Below are positions 8,352 to 18,179 of a stretch of DNA of 54,592 bases, in pieces. The DNA comes from an uncultured Thiobacillus sp. (GTDB lineage: Bacteria > Pseudomonadota > Gammaproteobacteria > Burkholderiales > Thiobacillaceae): NCBI GenBank assembly GCA_964625895.1, contig CAZVBY010000001.1, positions 18,558-73,149 of the forward strand, read 5' to 3'. A program made the position numbers and the translations under genes. The notes beneath the pieces are model-generated. The model saw only the letters and a program-made list of their open reading frames with translations, searched no databases and was not told the origin of the DNA. Every line of letters starts with the position of its first letter. The first letter of the stretch is position 1.

Positions 8352-9170
8352 ATGCTCCAACACGCGGGGCTTCGCGCCCTACTGGCGCAGATGGCCGGTG
8401 GCGTACTTGCCGCCGGCATGTTTTTTCTTGTTTTGACGGTGTCTCCACATGCAGGGATGGGGCTTTGGCATGTCGTCGGCATTCAGTGCGTGCTGGCAGC
8501 GTTGACCGGTCTCATGTTACGTCTGGCGTGGTGGTGGCTTCCCCTCAATCTTCTGTTTGTGCCGGCCTTGCTGTTGCTGCACCGGTTGCAACTGCCGACA
8601 ACAGCTTATCTAACTGGTTTTTTGCTGCTTCTGCTTTTCAACTGGGGCGTGTTGCACAGCCGAGTGCCCTTGTATCTTTCGCGGCGCGCGGTTTGGGAGA
8701 AAGTGGCTGGCCTGTTGCCGGTTGATCGGACTTACAAACTGCTCGATATCGGCAGCGGCCTGGGCGGCATGTTGCTTTATCTGGATCGGGCGCGTCCGCA
8801 AGGCTTTCACGAGGGGGTTGAAATTGCACCGGCCTCGTGGCTCGTCAGCCGGATGAGAGCCGCAGCGCAGGGCGCGCGCGCGATTTTCAGGCGGCAGGAT
8901 TACCGGCGCATCGATCTCGCTTCCTATGATGTGGTGTTTGCCTTTTTGTCGCCGCTGGTCATGCAGGAAGTGCTGGCAAAAGCACGCCACGAAATGCGTC
9001 CCGGCACGCTGCTGGTGAGCCTGGCATTCCCGCTGCCCGGCATTGTGCATGATCAGGTGATCAAGATCGGTGAAGGTGACAGGCAGACGCTCTATGTCTG
9101 GTGTGTGCAGAGGGAAGGCATGGATGTGAAAAGCACTGCATTTCCGGACGCGCATTGTCTTGCGATTTGA
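8352..9170 (+). CDS. Membrane-anchored class I SAM-dependent methyltransferase
   Basis: Several hydrophobic N-terminal helices, then RVPLYLS, LLDIGSGLGG, EGVE, YDVVFAFLSP and EMRPGTLLVS. ATG lies 1 nt after the flhC stop. Confidence 0.88.
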   Translation: MLQHAGLRALLAQMAGGVLAAGMFFLVLTVSPHAGMGLWHVVGIQCVLAALTGLMLRLAWWWLPLNLLFVPALLLLHRLQLPTTAYLTGFLLLLLFNWGVLHSRVPLYLSRRAVWEKVAGLLPVDRTYKLLDIGSGLGGMLLYLDRARPQGFHEGVEIAPASWLVSRMRAAAQGARAIFRRQDYRRIDLASYDVVFAFLSPLVMQEVLAKARHEMRPGTLLVSLAFPLPGIVHDQVIKIGEGDRQTLYVWCVQREGMDVKSTAFPDAHCLAI

Positions 9171-9237
9171 TCACCACTCAATGACATTGCGTGGTTAAGA
9201 CAGCATTCTCCTGTTAAGCACATGCTTTTTCAAACAC

Positions 9238-9264
9238 TCGACAAATCCGGAGAGCGGCCGATTA
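9238..9264 (+). promoter_or_regulatory. Possible sigma-28 promoter for motAB
   Basis: TCGA-N15-GCCGATTA; good -10, degenerate -35. Confidence 0.5.
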
Positions 9265-9297
9265 CTCAACTAACTGGATTGCTCGGGAGAAGAAAAA

Positions 9298-10158
9298 GTG
9301 CTGGTCATCGTTGGGTATGTTGTCGTGCTGGGATGCGTGTTTGGCGGGTTTGCGCTGGCGGGCGGCCATCTGGCCGCGCTCTGGCATCCAATTGAACTGA
9401 TCATCATTGGCGGCGGCGCGTTGGGCGCTTTCTTTGTCGCGAATTCCGGCAAGGCGGTCAAGGCAACCATGAAAGCGTTGCCGACTGTGTTCAAGGGTTC
9501 GAAGTACACCCGTGCCCTGTACATGGAACTGATGGCGCTCATGTATGAACTGCTGACCAAGGTCAGGAAAGAAGGATTGATGTCCATCGAAGGCGACATC
9601 GAAAAGCCTGAGGAAAGCCCGATGTTCTCCAAGTATCCGGCCGTGATGGCCGATCACCATGTCGTCGAATTCATCACCGATTACCTGCGCATCATGGTCA
9701 GCGGCAACATGAATGCGATGGAAATCGAGAACCTGATGGACAACGAGATCGAGACCCATCATCACGAAGGCGAGGTTCCCGTGCACGCAATCACCAAACT
9801 GGGCGATGGCCTGCCGGCGTTCGGCATCGTGGCGGCGGTGATGGGCGTGGTGAAGACCATGGGCTCCGTCGGCCTGCCGCCCGCCGAACTGGGCATACTG
9901 ATCGGCGCGGCATTGACGGGTACTTTCCTCGGCATCCTGCTGGCGTATGGTTTTGTCGGCCCGCTGGGCGGCCTGCTGGAACAGAAACTCAACGAAGGCA
10001 CCAAAATGCTTCAGACCATCAAGGTCACGTTGCTGGCCAGCCTGAACGGGTATGCGCCCGCGCTGGCCGTGGAATTTGGCCGCAAGGTTTTGTATTCGAC
10101 CGAGCGTCCCAGCTTCAGCGAGCTGGAAGAGCACGTCAAGGGCGCGGCCAAGAAATAA
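9298..10158 (+). CDS. motA: Flagellar stator MotA
   Basis: RKEGLMSIE, LPAFGIVAAVMG, GAALTGTFLGILLAYG, EFGRK. GTG start. Confidence 0.97.
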   Translation: MLVIVGYVVVLGCVFGGFALAGGHLAALWHPIELIIIGGGALGAFFVANSGKAVKATMKALPTVFKGSKYTRALYMELMALMYELLTKVRKEGLMSIEGDIEKPEESPMFSKYPAVMADHHVVEFITDYLRIMVSGNMNAMEIENLMDNEIETHHHEGEVPVHAITKLGDGLPAFGIVAAVMGVVKTMGSVGLPPAELGILIGAALTGTFLGILLAYGFVGPLGGLLEQKLNEGTKMLQTIKVTLLASLNGYAPALAVEFGRKVLYSTERPSFSELEEHVKGAAKK

Positions 10159-10192
10159 CCATCCAAATTAAAACGGGCAGGACAGCGTCGCC

Positions 10193-11113
10193 ATGGCAGA
10201 CAAGGAAAAACAGCCAATCGTCATCAAGCGCATCAAGAAGGTGGCAGGCGGTCATCATGGCGGTGCGTGGAAGATTGCCTATGCGGATTTCGTGACCGCG
10301 ATGATGGCTTTCTTTCTGCTCATGTGGTTGCTGGGGTCGACCGCCAAGGGCGATTTGCAGGGCATCGCGGAATACTTCAAGACCCCCCTCAAAGTGGCGT
10401 TGCAGGGTGGGTCTGGCAGCGGCGACAGCTCCAGCATTATCAAGGGCGGCGGTAAGGACTTGACCCGCAAGGAAGGCCAGGTGAACAAAACCAGCGAGCC
10501 GCAGGACAAGCGCGCCATCAATCTGGAAGCCGCCAAGGCAGAGCTGGAAAAACTGGAAGGCGAAAAGCTCAAGCAACTCAAATCCCGCCTGGAAGCGGCC
10601 ATTGACGCCAATCCAAATCTCAAGCAGTTCAAGCGGCAGCTGCTGATCGACATCACGACTGAAGGCCTGAGAATCCAGATTGTGGATGAAAAGAACCGGC
10701 CCATGTTCGATCTGGCGGGCGCGGAACTCAAGCCCTACACACGGGATATCCTGCATGAAATCGGCCGCGTGTTGAACGAGGTGAACAACCGCATCAGCTT
10801 GTCCGGCCATACCGACGCGGCGCAATACTCGAACGGCGAGCGCGGCTACAGTAACTGGGAATTGTCCGCCGACCGGGCCAACGCCTCGCGCCGCGCGCTC
10901 ATTGCCGGTGGCATGAGTGGCGACAAGATGCTCCGTGTCGTCGGCCTGTCTTCTTCCGTGCTGTTCAACAGCAAGGATTCGCTAGACCCCATCAACCGTC
11001 GTATCAGCATCATCGTGTTGAACAAGAAAACCGAGGAGGCAATCTCCAAGGATGAAGGGCGGCTCGATGTGCAGGAAGGCGGAGACGTCGAGAAAGCGCT
11101 GGTCAAACACTGA
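10193..11113 (+). CDS. motB: Flagellar stator MotB
   Basis: HGGAWKIAYADFVTAMMAFF; OmpA-like domain GHTD, NWELSADRA, NRRI. Confidence 0.97.
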   Translation: MADKEKQPIVIKRIKKVAGGHHGGAWKIAYADFVTAMMAFFLLMWLLGSTAKGDLQGIAEYFKTPLKVALQGGSGSGDSSSIIKGGGKDLTRKEGQVNKTSEPQDKRAINLEAAKAELEKLEGEKLKQLKSRLEAAIDANPNLKQFKRQLLIDITTEGLRIQIVDEKNRPMFDLAGAELKPYTRDILHEIGRVLNEVNNRISLSGHTDAAQYSNGERGYSNWELSADRANASRRALIAGGMSGDKMLRVVGLSSSVLFNSKDSLDPINRRISIIVLNKKTEEAISKDEGRLDVQEGGDVEKALVKH

Positions 11114-11173
11114 TCAGCAGTTTGATCCGCATTTCACGTCCAGTTTCTGCTGAAACGGGCGCTCAGTCTTAGC

Positions 11174-11237
11174 CGGGAAATACCCGGATTCTTCCCGTCT
11201 TTTCCCCCCATTAAATTCGCGTTTCGCTTCGGATAAT
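11174..11237 (+). promoter_or_regulatory. FlhDC-type (class II) promoter of the flhB operon
   Basis: GGGAAATA...GTCTTTTCCC arms with a -10 GATAAT 26 nt downstream, the same geometry as the flgB, fliE/F and fliL sites. Confidence 0.6.
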
Positions 11238-11296
11238 GGAACCATCCCCGCGGAGGAATGGTTCCTTTTGCGGCCTGGGTTTGAGAAAAAGATTTC

Positions 11297-12439
11297 ATGT
11301 CCGAAGAAAGCGATCTCGAAAAAACCGAATCACCCTCACCGCGAAAGCTGGAGAAAGCGCGCGAGGAGGGACAGGTTCCGCAGTCGCGCGAACTTTCGTC
11401 CCTTCTGGTGCTGATGACGGCTGGCGGCGCGGTGTGGGCGCTCGGCGGGCAGGTTTCTCAAACCTTGTCCGATGTCATGCGCACGGGTTTACGCTTCGAT
11501 CATCAACTGGCGACCGACCCCGCGCTGTTGTTCGGAAAAATCCAGCAACTGGCCACCGATACATTGACCGGGGTCGCTCCTTTGCTGCTGATCGTGGTTG
11601 TGGCGGCACTACTGGGGCCGGTGGCGTTGCACGGTGGTATGTTCAATACCAAGGCGCTGGCGCCCAAATTTTCGCGCATCAACCCGCTGTCTGGCCTGAA
11701 ACGCATGGTGTCGGTCGACAGCCTCTCCGAGTTGGTCAAATCGCTGCTCAAGGTGGGTCTGCTCGGGTTGATCGCGGCATGGCTGATGTGGGATGCGCTC
11801 GACGCCATGTTCGCGCTGGGCATGGAAACTGTCGAGAGCGGCGCACATGACATGGGGGTGTTGCTGGTCAAGACCTTTCTGTTGGTTTCTGCCGGCATGT
11901 TGATTGTGGCCTTGATGGATGTGCCCTACCAGCTCTGGCACTACTACACGCAGCTGAAAATGACGCGCGAGGAAGTGCGTCAGGAAGTCAAGGAATCGGA
12001 AGGCGACCCGCATGTCAAGGCGCGCATCCGCGCCATGCAGCGTGAAGTGGCGCGCCGCCGCATGATGAGCGAAATTCCCACGGCGGATGTGGTGGTGACC
12101 AATCCGACGCACTATGCCGTGGCGCTCAAGTACAGTGAAGGCGTCATGCGCGCGCCGCGCGTGGTGGCGAAGGGGGCGGACCTTCTGGCCGCCCGCATCC
12201 GCGAGGAAGCGGGCAAGCATGCCGTGCCCGTGCTGGAAGCGCCGCCATTGGCGCGCGCGCTGTACCGCCATACCGAACTGGAACAGGAAATTCCGGCACG
12301 GCTTTATGCCGCCGTGGCCGAGGTGCTGGCTTATGTGTACCAGCTGAAACATTATCAGTCATCCGGCGGCATGCGCCCGCAAATGCCCGTTGGCCTGGCG
12401 GTGCCGGCTGATATGGATCCGGGTGCGGCAGCGGCATGA
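11297..12439 (+). CDS. flhB: Flagellar export protein FlhB
   Basis: EKTE..PRKLEKAREEG, EGDPHVK and the NPTH autocleavage motif. Confidence 0.97.
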   Translation: MSEESDLEKTESPSPRKLEKAREEGQVPQSRELSSLLVLMTAGGAVWALGGQVSQTLSDVMRTGLRFDHQLATDPALLFGKIQQLATDTLTGVAPLLLIVVVAALLGPVALHGGMFNTKALAPKFSRINPLSGLKRMVSVDSLSELVKSLLKVGLLGLIAAWLMWDALDAMFALGMETVESGAHDMGVLLVKTFLLVSAGMLIVALMDVPYQLWHYYTQLKMTREEVRQEVKESEGDPHVKARIRAMQREVARRRMMSEIPTADVVVTNPTHYAVALKYSEGVMRAPRVVAKGADLLAARIREEAGKHAVPVLEAPPLARALYRHTELEQEIPARLYAAVAEVLAYVYQLKHYQSSGGMRPQMPVGLAVPADMDPGAAAA

Positions 12440-14514
12440 ATACGGTGCTGCGGCTACAGGGTTTCATGAATGGCGCCGACTGGCGGCAACTGGCCGGCCC
12501 GGTTTTCATCGTTTTGATTCTGTCGATGATGGTGTTGCCGCTGCCGCCGTTTGCGCTGGATGTGCTGTTCACCTTCAATATCGCGCTTTCGGTCATTGTG
12601 CTGCTGGCCAGCCTGCATACGCGTAAAGCACTCGATTTCGCCGCTTTTCCCACCATCTTGCTGGTCAGCACGCTGTTGCGGCTGTCACTAAACGTGGCCT
12701 CCACGCGCGTGGTTCTGCTGGAAGGCCACACCGGCCCGGATGCGGCAGGCAAGGTCATCGAATCCTTCGGCCATTTTCTGGTTGGCGGCAACTACACGGT
12801 TGGCATTGTCGTGTTCATTATCCTGGTGGTGATCAACTTTGTTGTCATTACCAAAGGTGCGGGCCGCATCGCCGAGGTCAGCGCGCGTTTTACGCTGGAC
12901 GCGATGCCGGGCAAGCAAATGGCCATTGATGCCGACCTGAACGCCGGGCTGATTGGCGAGGATGAAGCACGCAAGCGCCGTTCCGAAGTATCTCAGGAGG
13001 CGGATTTTTATGGCTCCATGGACGGCGCTTCGAAATTTGTGCGCGGCGATGCCATCGCCGGCATCCTGATTCTGGTCATCAACATCCTGGGCGGCCTGAT
13101 GGTTGGCATGTTGCAGCATGACCTGAGCTTCGCCGATGCGGCCCAAAACTATACCTTGCTGGCCATCGGCGACGGTTTGGTGGCGCAGATTCCAGCGCTG
13201 ATCATTTCCATCGCCGCCGGCATCATTGTCAGCCGTGTCAGTAATGAACAGGACATCAGCAGCCAGGTTATTTCGCACATTCTCGACAACAGCCAGGTGC
13301 TCTATATCACCGGTGGCATCATTGGGCTGATGGGCATGTTGCCGGGCATGCCCAATTTCGTTTTCATTCTGCTAGCGGCTGGCCTGGTCTGGTTGGGGCG
13401 GCGCGCAACGCAAAAAAAGCCAGCGGAAATGGCGGGCGAACAGGTTGCCATGCCGGCAGCGGCCGAGCCGGTGGATGCCAGTTGGTCCGATGTCGAGCCG
13501 GTCGATACCCTGGGTCTGGAAGTTGGCTACCGGCTGATCCCGCTGGTCGATGCGGCCAACGATGGCGAACTGGTCAAGCGCATCAAGGGCATCCGCAAGA
13601 AGTTCGCGCGAGAGATCGGCTTTCTTGCTCCAGCTGTGCATATCCGTGACAACCTTGAAATCCCGCCCGGCAGCTATCGCATCACGCTCAAGGGTGTGGA
13701 AATCGCGGCTGGCGAAGTGCAAAGCGGGCAATTACTGGCGATTGACCCGGGCAATGTCAGCGGCACGATCCCGGGCGCGGCCACGCAGGAGCCGGCTTTC
13801 GGACTGACCGCTGTCTGGATCGACAATGCCTTGCGCGAGCAGGCCCAGTCGCTGGGTTATACCGTGGTCGATGCCGGCACCGTCATTGCCACGCATCTCA
13901 ATCACGTTGTTGCCATGCACGCGGCGGAGTTGCTCGGGCGCCAGGAGGTGCAGCAACTGCTCGATCATCTTGCCAAGGATTCGCCCAAGCTGGTGGAAGA
14001 TCTGGTACCCAAACTGGTTCCCTTGTCCACCGTGCAGAAGGTTCTGCAAAACCTGCTGTCCGAAGGCGTGCATATTCGCGACATGCGCACCATTGTCGAG
14101 GCGCTGGCGGAACATGCGGTTCGCATCCAGGATCCGCATGAATTGACCGCGATCATCCGCGTGTCGCTCGGCCGTGGCATCGTGCAGCAGATTTTTGGCA
14201 GGGAGATGGAACTGCCGGTCATGGCGCTCGAGCAAAATCTTGAGCGGCTGTTGATGCAGGCCATGAACACGGCTGGCGATGGCAGCACCATCGAGCCGGG
14301 GCTCGCCGCCAACCTCATGGAGCAAACCGCCGCCGCTTCAGCGCGCCAGGAGGCGCTGGGCTTGCCGCCGGTTCTGCTGGCGCCTGCCATTTTGCGGCCG
14401 CTGCTGTCGCGTTTCCTGCGGCGCGCGCTGCCCAGCCTGAAAGTCCTTTCCCATGCCGAAATCCCTGACGGCAAAAACATCAAGGTGACATCCCTCATAG
14501 GAGGTTCAGTGTGA
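12436..14514 (+). CDS. flhA: Flagellar export protein FlhA
   Basis: FHIPEP motifs RIAEVSARFTLDAMPGKQMAIDADL and FYGSMDGASKFVRGD. Confidence 0.98.
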   Translation: MNTVLRLQGFMNGADWRQLAGPVFIVLILSMMVLPLPPFALDVLFTFNIALSVIVLLASLHTRKALDFAAFPTILLVSTLLRLSLNVASTRVVLLEGHTGPDAAGKVIESFGHFLVGGNYTVGIVVFIILVVINFVVITKGAGRIAEVSARFTLDAMPGKQMAIDADLNAGLIGEDEARKRRSEVSQEADFYGSMDGASKFVRGDAIAGILILVINILGGLMVGMLQHDLSFADAAQNYTLLAIGDGLVAQIPALIISIAAGIIVSRVSNEQDISSQVISHILDNSQVLYITGGIIGLMGMLPGMPNFVFILLAAGLVWLGRRATQKKPAEMAGEQVAMPAAAEPVDASWSDVEPVDTLGLEVGYRLIPLVDAANDGELVKRIKGIRKKFAREIGFLAPAVHIRDNLEIPPGSYRITLKGVEIAAGEVQSGQLLAIDPGNVSGTIPGAATQEPAFGLTAVWIDNALREQAQSLGYTVVDAGTVIATHLNHVVAMHAAELLGRQEVQQLLDHLAKDSPKLVEDLVPKLVPLSTVQKVLQNLLSEGVHIRDMRTIVEALAEHAVRIQDPHELTAIIRVSLGRGIVQQIFGREMELPVMALEQNLERLLMQAMNTAGDGSTIEPGLAANLMEQTAAASARQEALGLPPVLLAPAILRPLLSRFLRRALPSLKVLSHAEIPDGKNIKVTSLIGGSV

Positions 14515-15845
14515 ACGTCAAAAAAATCCACGCCAAAACATCCCGCGAAGCCATGCGCAAACTGCGCGAGGAGCTCGGTGAAGATGCGGTCATCCTGGCC
14601 AGCAACAGCGTGCCGGGTGGCGTCGAGCTCATCGCGCTGCCGGCGGAAGATATTGCCGCCCTGGCGCAGCCGGTCGTGGAGACCAGACCAGAACCAGTCA
14701 GGCCGGCCGCACCGGCTGGGCAATTGACCACGGCCGCCCGCTTGCCTTCAGCGGTTACAGAGCCTGCCCCCATCCCCATGTCTTTCATGCAGGCTGCTTC
14801 CGGACAAACTGCCGCGCCGCAGTCTTCCGCCATGCCGGATTTCGACGCCATGCCAACCGGCAAAGACACGGTCTGGCTGGAGAAGATCATGGGTGAAATG
14901 CGCGCGATGCACGAAAACATGCGTTTGCAGGTGCAAGAGCTAAGCTGGAGTGAACTCTCGCGGCGCGAGCCGGTGAAAGCCTGGCTGACCCGCGAGCTAT
15001 TGTCGGTCGGCTTCAGCGCGGGCATCGCCAGAAACATCGCGCAGCGCCTGCCGGTAGACATGCAATCTCAGGAACAGGCGGCGGGCTGGGCCAAGGCCAT
15101 GCTTGCACGCAACTTGCAGACAGTGGACAGCGAATCGGCCATGCTTGATCAGGGCGGCATCTTTGCCTTGATGGGGCCGACCGGCGCCGGCAAAACGACC
15201 ACGACCGCCAAGCTGGCGGCACGGTTCGTGGTGCGACACGGGGCAGAAAAGCTGGCCTTGCTGACGACCGATGGCTACCGGATCGGCGGCCACGAACAGT
15301 TGCGTATTTACGGCAAGATTCTTGGCGTCGCCGTACACAGCGTGCGCGATGCGGCGGATCTGCGGCTGGCGCTGGCGGACTTGCGCGGCAAGCACACCGT
15401 GTTGATCGATACCGTTGGCATGAGCCAGCGCGATCAGGCCGTGGCTGAGCAGATCGCCATGCTTAACCAGGCTGGCAAGCCGATCAAGAGGCTGTTGATG
15501 CTCAATGCCACCAGTCACGGTGACACACTGAACGAAGTGGTCGAGGCCTATCAGGGGCAGGGCTTGTCCGGCTGCATCCTGTCCAAGATTGACGAGGCCG
15601 CCAGCCTTGGCGCGGTGCTCGACTGCGCCATTCGTCACCGGCTGCTGGTGCATTACGTTGCCACTGGCCAGCGCGTTCCCGAGGATCTGCACCTTGGCAA
15701 CCGGCAGTATCTGGTGCATCGCGCCTTCAAGCATCGAGCCGGTCAGTCGCCTTACCACGTCAGCGACAGCGATCTGCCTTATGTCATGACGGCCTGTGGT
15801 GCATACGGCCAGTCTCAAACCGGGAGCGAGGTGTCGATTGGATAA
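14511..15845 (+). CDS. flhF: SRP-family GTPase FlhF
   Basis: GPTGAGKTTTTAKLA, DTVG, SKIDE, GQRVPEDL. Confidence 0.96.
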   Translation: MNVKKIHAKTSREAMRKLREELGEDAVILASNSVPGGVELIALPAEDIAALAQPVVETRPEPVRPAAPAGQLTTAARLPSAVTEPAPIPMSFMQAASGQTAAPQSSAMPDFDAMPTGKDTVWLEKIMGEMRAMHENMRLQVQELSWSELSRREPVKAWLTRELLSVGFSAGIARNIAQRLPVDMQSQEQAAGWAKAMLARNLQTVDSESAMLDQGGIFALMGPTGAGKTTTTAKLAARFVVRHGAEKLALLTTDGYRIGGHEQLRIYGKILGVAVHSVRDAADLRLALADLRGKHTVLIDTVGMSQRDQAVAEQIAMLNQAGKPIKRLLMLNATSHGDTLNEVVEAYQGQGLSGCILSKIDEAASLGAVLDCAIRHRLLVHYVATGQRVPEDLHLGNRQYLVHRAFKHRAGQSPYHVSDSDLPYVMTACGAYGQSQTGSEVSIG

Positions 15846-16698
15846 GAGCAGAACCTACTGGGATCAGGCAGAGGGCTTGCGCCGTCTTGTGGGTGCTGGC
15901 AGCGTGCGCATCGTGCCGGTCATGTCCGGCGGCCGGGGTGCTGGCAAGACCACGGCCGTGGTCAACCTGGCGATGGCTTTGTCGACGATGGGAAGCGATG
16001 TGCTGGTGATTGACGACGGTGGCGGCGAACATGGCGTATGCGCCAGCCTGGGAGTCAAACCGCAACGTTGTCTGACCGATGTGATGGCGGGCCGCTGCGC
16101 GCTGGACGAGGTGATCGTGAAAGGGCCGAACGGCCTGCGTATTCTGCCAATGGGGCCGCGCTACCGCGCCATGACCGAAGCGCGCACCAGCCTGCCTGTG
16201 CCGCTGGATGCCTGGGCTTCCCAAGTGCATCCCGCCCCGGATTTCGTGCTGGCCGACATGCCGGCTGGCAAACCTGCATTCAGCGTCGATGGGTTACGCA
16301 AGTCCGAGGTGGTGGTGGTGATGCTACCTGGCAGCGAATCCATCATGTCCGGCTATGCGCTGATGAAGCAGCTCTCGCGCGATCATGGCGTCAGCCGGTT
16401 TCATGTCCTGCTTAACCGTCTTGCGCGGCGCGGAGATGGCGAGGACATTGCCCGCAATGTGATGTCGACCGCGGCGGGATTTATTGGCGCCCAGGTCAAT
16501 CCTTTCGGCTTTATTCCCGATGATGAATGCATCCGCCAGGCAGCGAGCATGCACGGAACCGTTGTTCAATCCTATCCCATGGCGAAATCTTCCTGCCTGT
16601 TCAGACAGATTGCCGGCTCGTTGCTGGGCTTGGCTCGTCCGTCGCGGGCCAGCGCGGATTGGTTCACCGGACAGGTATCCATCGGGCAGGCCGCATAA
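15838..16698 (+). CDS. flhG: MinD-like flagellar number regulator FlhG
   Basis: DQAEGLR motif and P-loop SGGRGAGKTT; lies between flhF and fliA. TTG start after GAGG is inferred. Confidence 0.85.
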   Translation: MDKSRTYWDQAEGLRRLVGAGSVRIVPVMSGGRGAGKTTAVVNLAMALSTMGSDVLVIDDGGGEHGVCASLGVKPQRCLTDVMAGRCALDEVIVKGPNGLRILPMGPRYRAMTEARTSLPVPLDAWASQVHPAPDFVLADMPAGKPAFSVDGLRKSEVVVVMLPGSESIMSGYALMKQLSRDHGVSRFHVLLNRLARRGDGEDIARNVMSTAAGFIGAQVNPFGFIPDDECIRQAASMHGTVVQSYPMAKSSCLFRQIAGSLLGLARPSRASADWFTGQVSIGQAA

Positions 16699-16724
16699 GC
16701 AGCCCCTGAAAAGAGGAGCACGTC

Positions 16725-17456
16725 ATGTACACGGCGACGGGTAAAACCGAAAAAACGGAAACCATCAAGCAATACGCGCCCATGGTCAAGCGGATTGCCC
16801 ACCACATGATGGGCAGGCTGCCGGCCAGCGTGGAAGAAGATGACCTGGTGCAGGCTGGCATGATCGGCCTGCTCGACGCGGTGAGCCGCTACGACGAAGC
16901 GCAGAACAACCAGTTCGAAGCCTATGCCATCCAGCGCATTCGCGGCGCCATGCTGGACGAGCTGCGGCAGACCGACTGGGCGCCGCGCAGCGTGCGGCAG
17001 AACATGCGCAAGATCGAAAAAGCCATCCACGAACTGGAGCATCAATTGGGCAAGTCGCCATCTGACGGCGAGATCGCCGAGTTGATGGGCATGCCGCTGG
17101 ATGAATACCAGCGCATGCTGGGTGACAGCCACGGCCATCAGCTCATTTATCTGGAGGATTTCGGCATCAACGAGGAAGATGAATCCTTTCTCGACCGCAA
17201 TTGTCCGGACTATACGGAAGAGCCGCTGGAACGATTGATGGATGAGAACTTCAAGAAATGCCTCATCACCGCCATCGACATTCTGCCGGAACGGGAGAAG
17301 CTGGTTATGTCGCTGTATTACGAAGAGGAACTCAATCTGCGCGAAATCGGCGAGATCATGGGCGTCGGCATCTCGCGCGTCAGCCAGTTGCACAGCCAGG
17401 CCATCGCCCGCCTGCGTAACCGCCTCAGGGAAGACAAATGGATACTTCCAGCCTGA
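16725..17456 (+). CDS. fliA: RNA polymerase sigma-28 FliA
   Basis: DLVQAGMIGL, RIRGAMLDELR..DW.PRSVR, LYYEEELNLREIG, SRVSQLH. Confidence 0.97.
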   Translation: MYTATGKTEKTETIKQYAPMVKRIAHHMMGRLPASVEEDDLVQAGMIGLLDAVSRYDEAQNNQFEAYAIQRIRGAMLDELRQTDWAPRSVRQNMRKIEKAIHELEHQLGKSPSDGEIAELMGMPLDEYQRMLGDSHGHQLIYLEDFGINEEDESFLDRNCPDYTEEPLERLMDENFKKCLITAIDILPEREKLVMSLYYEEELNLREIGEIMGVGISRVSQLHSQAIARLRNRLREDKWILPA

Positions 17457-18175
17457 TCGGCCTTGCGCTTGCGCTGATTGCCGTCCTTGGCACGCAGGCC
17501 ATCGAAGGCGGCGCACTGTCGCTATATCTTCAACCCGCCGCGTTTCTCATCGTGGTGCTGGGCACGCTGGCCGCCGTGGTCATGCAAAATCCATGGCCCA
17601 CGCTGAAAAGCGGATTTCGCATGACACGCTGGCTGCTGCATCCGCCAGACGATGATATCGACGGCACCATCGGCAGAATCAAGCGCTGGTCGCAGATTGC
17701 CCGTCAGGAAGGTCCGCTGGCGCTGGAAAAATACATTCCGCAAGTGCACGACCCCTACATTAAAGGCGGCCTGCAAATGGTGCTGGACGGCACCGATCCC
17801 GCGCATCTGTCCGAGGCCATGGAAATCGACATCGACGCCTTCGAGGAGCGTGAGCTGCGCGCCTGCCGCATCTGGGAATCGGCCGGCGGCTACGCGCCGA
17901 CCATGGGCATTCTCGGCGCGGTCATGGGGCTGGTGCATGTCATGCAGAACCTGACCGATCCCTCCAAAATCGGCATCGGCATCGCCGTGGCCTTTGTCGC
18001 CACCATCTACGGCGTGGGGATGGCCAACCTCATCTTTCTGCCCATCTACCACAAGCTGCGCAACGTCGTGTCGCACCGCGTGCGCCACCGCGAAATGATC
18101 CGCGACGGCATGGTCAGCATGGCGCGCGGCGACAACCCGCGCCTGACTGAACAGCGGCTGAAATACTATTTTTAG
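17438..18175 (+). CDS. motC: Second stator A subunit (MotC/MotA-like)
   Basis: RQEGPLALE, GGYAPTMGILGAVMGL, GIAVAFVATIYG. Confidence 0.88.
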   Translation: MDTSSLIGLALALIAVLGTQAIEGGALSLYLQPAAFLIVVLGTLAAVVMQNPWPTLKSGFRMTRWLLHPPDDDIDGTIGRIKRWSQIARQEGPLALEKYIPQVHDPYIKGGLQMVLDGTDPAHLSEAMEIDIDAFEERELRACRIWESAGGYAPTMGILGAVMGLVHVMQNLTDPSKIGIGIAVAFVATIYGVGMANLIFLPIYHKLRNVVSHRVRHREMIRDGMVSMARGDNPRLTEQRLKYYF

Positions 18176-18179
18176 CCCG

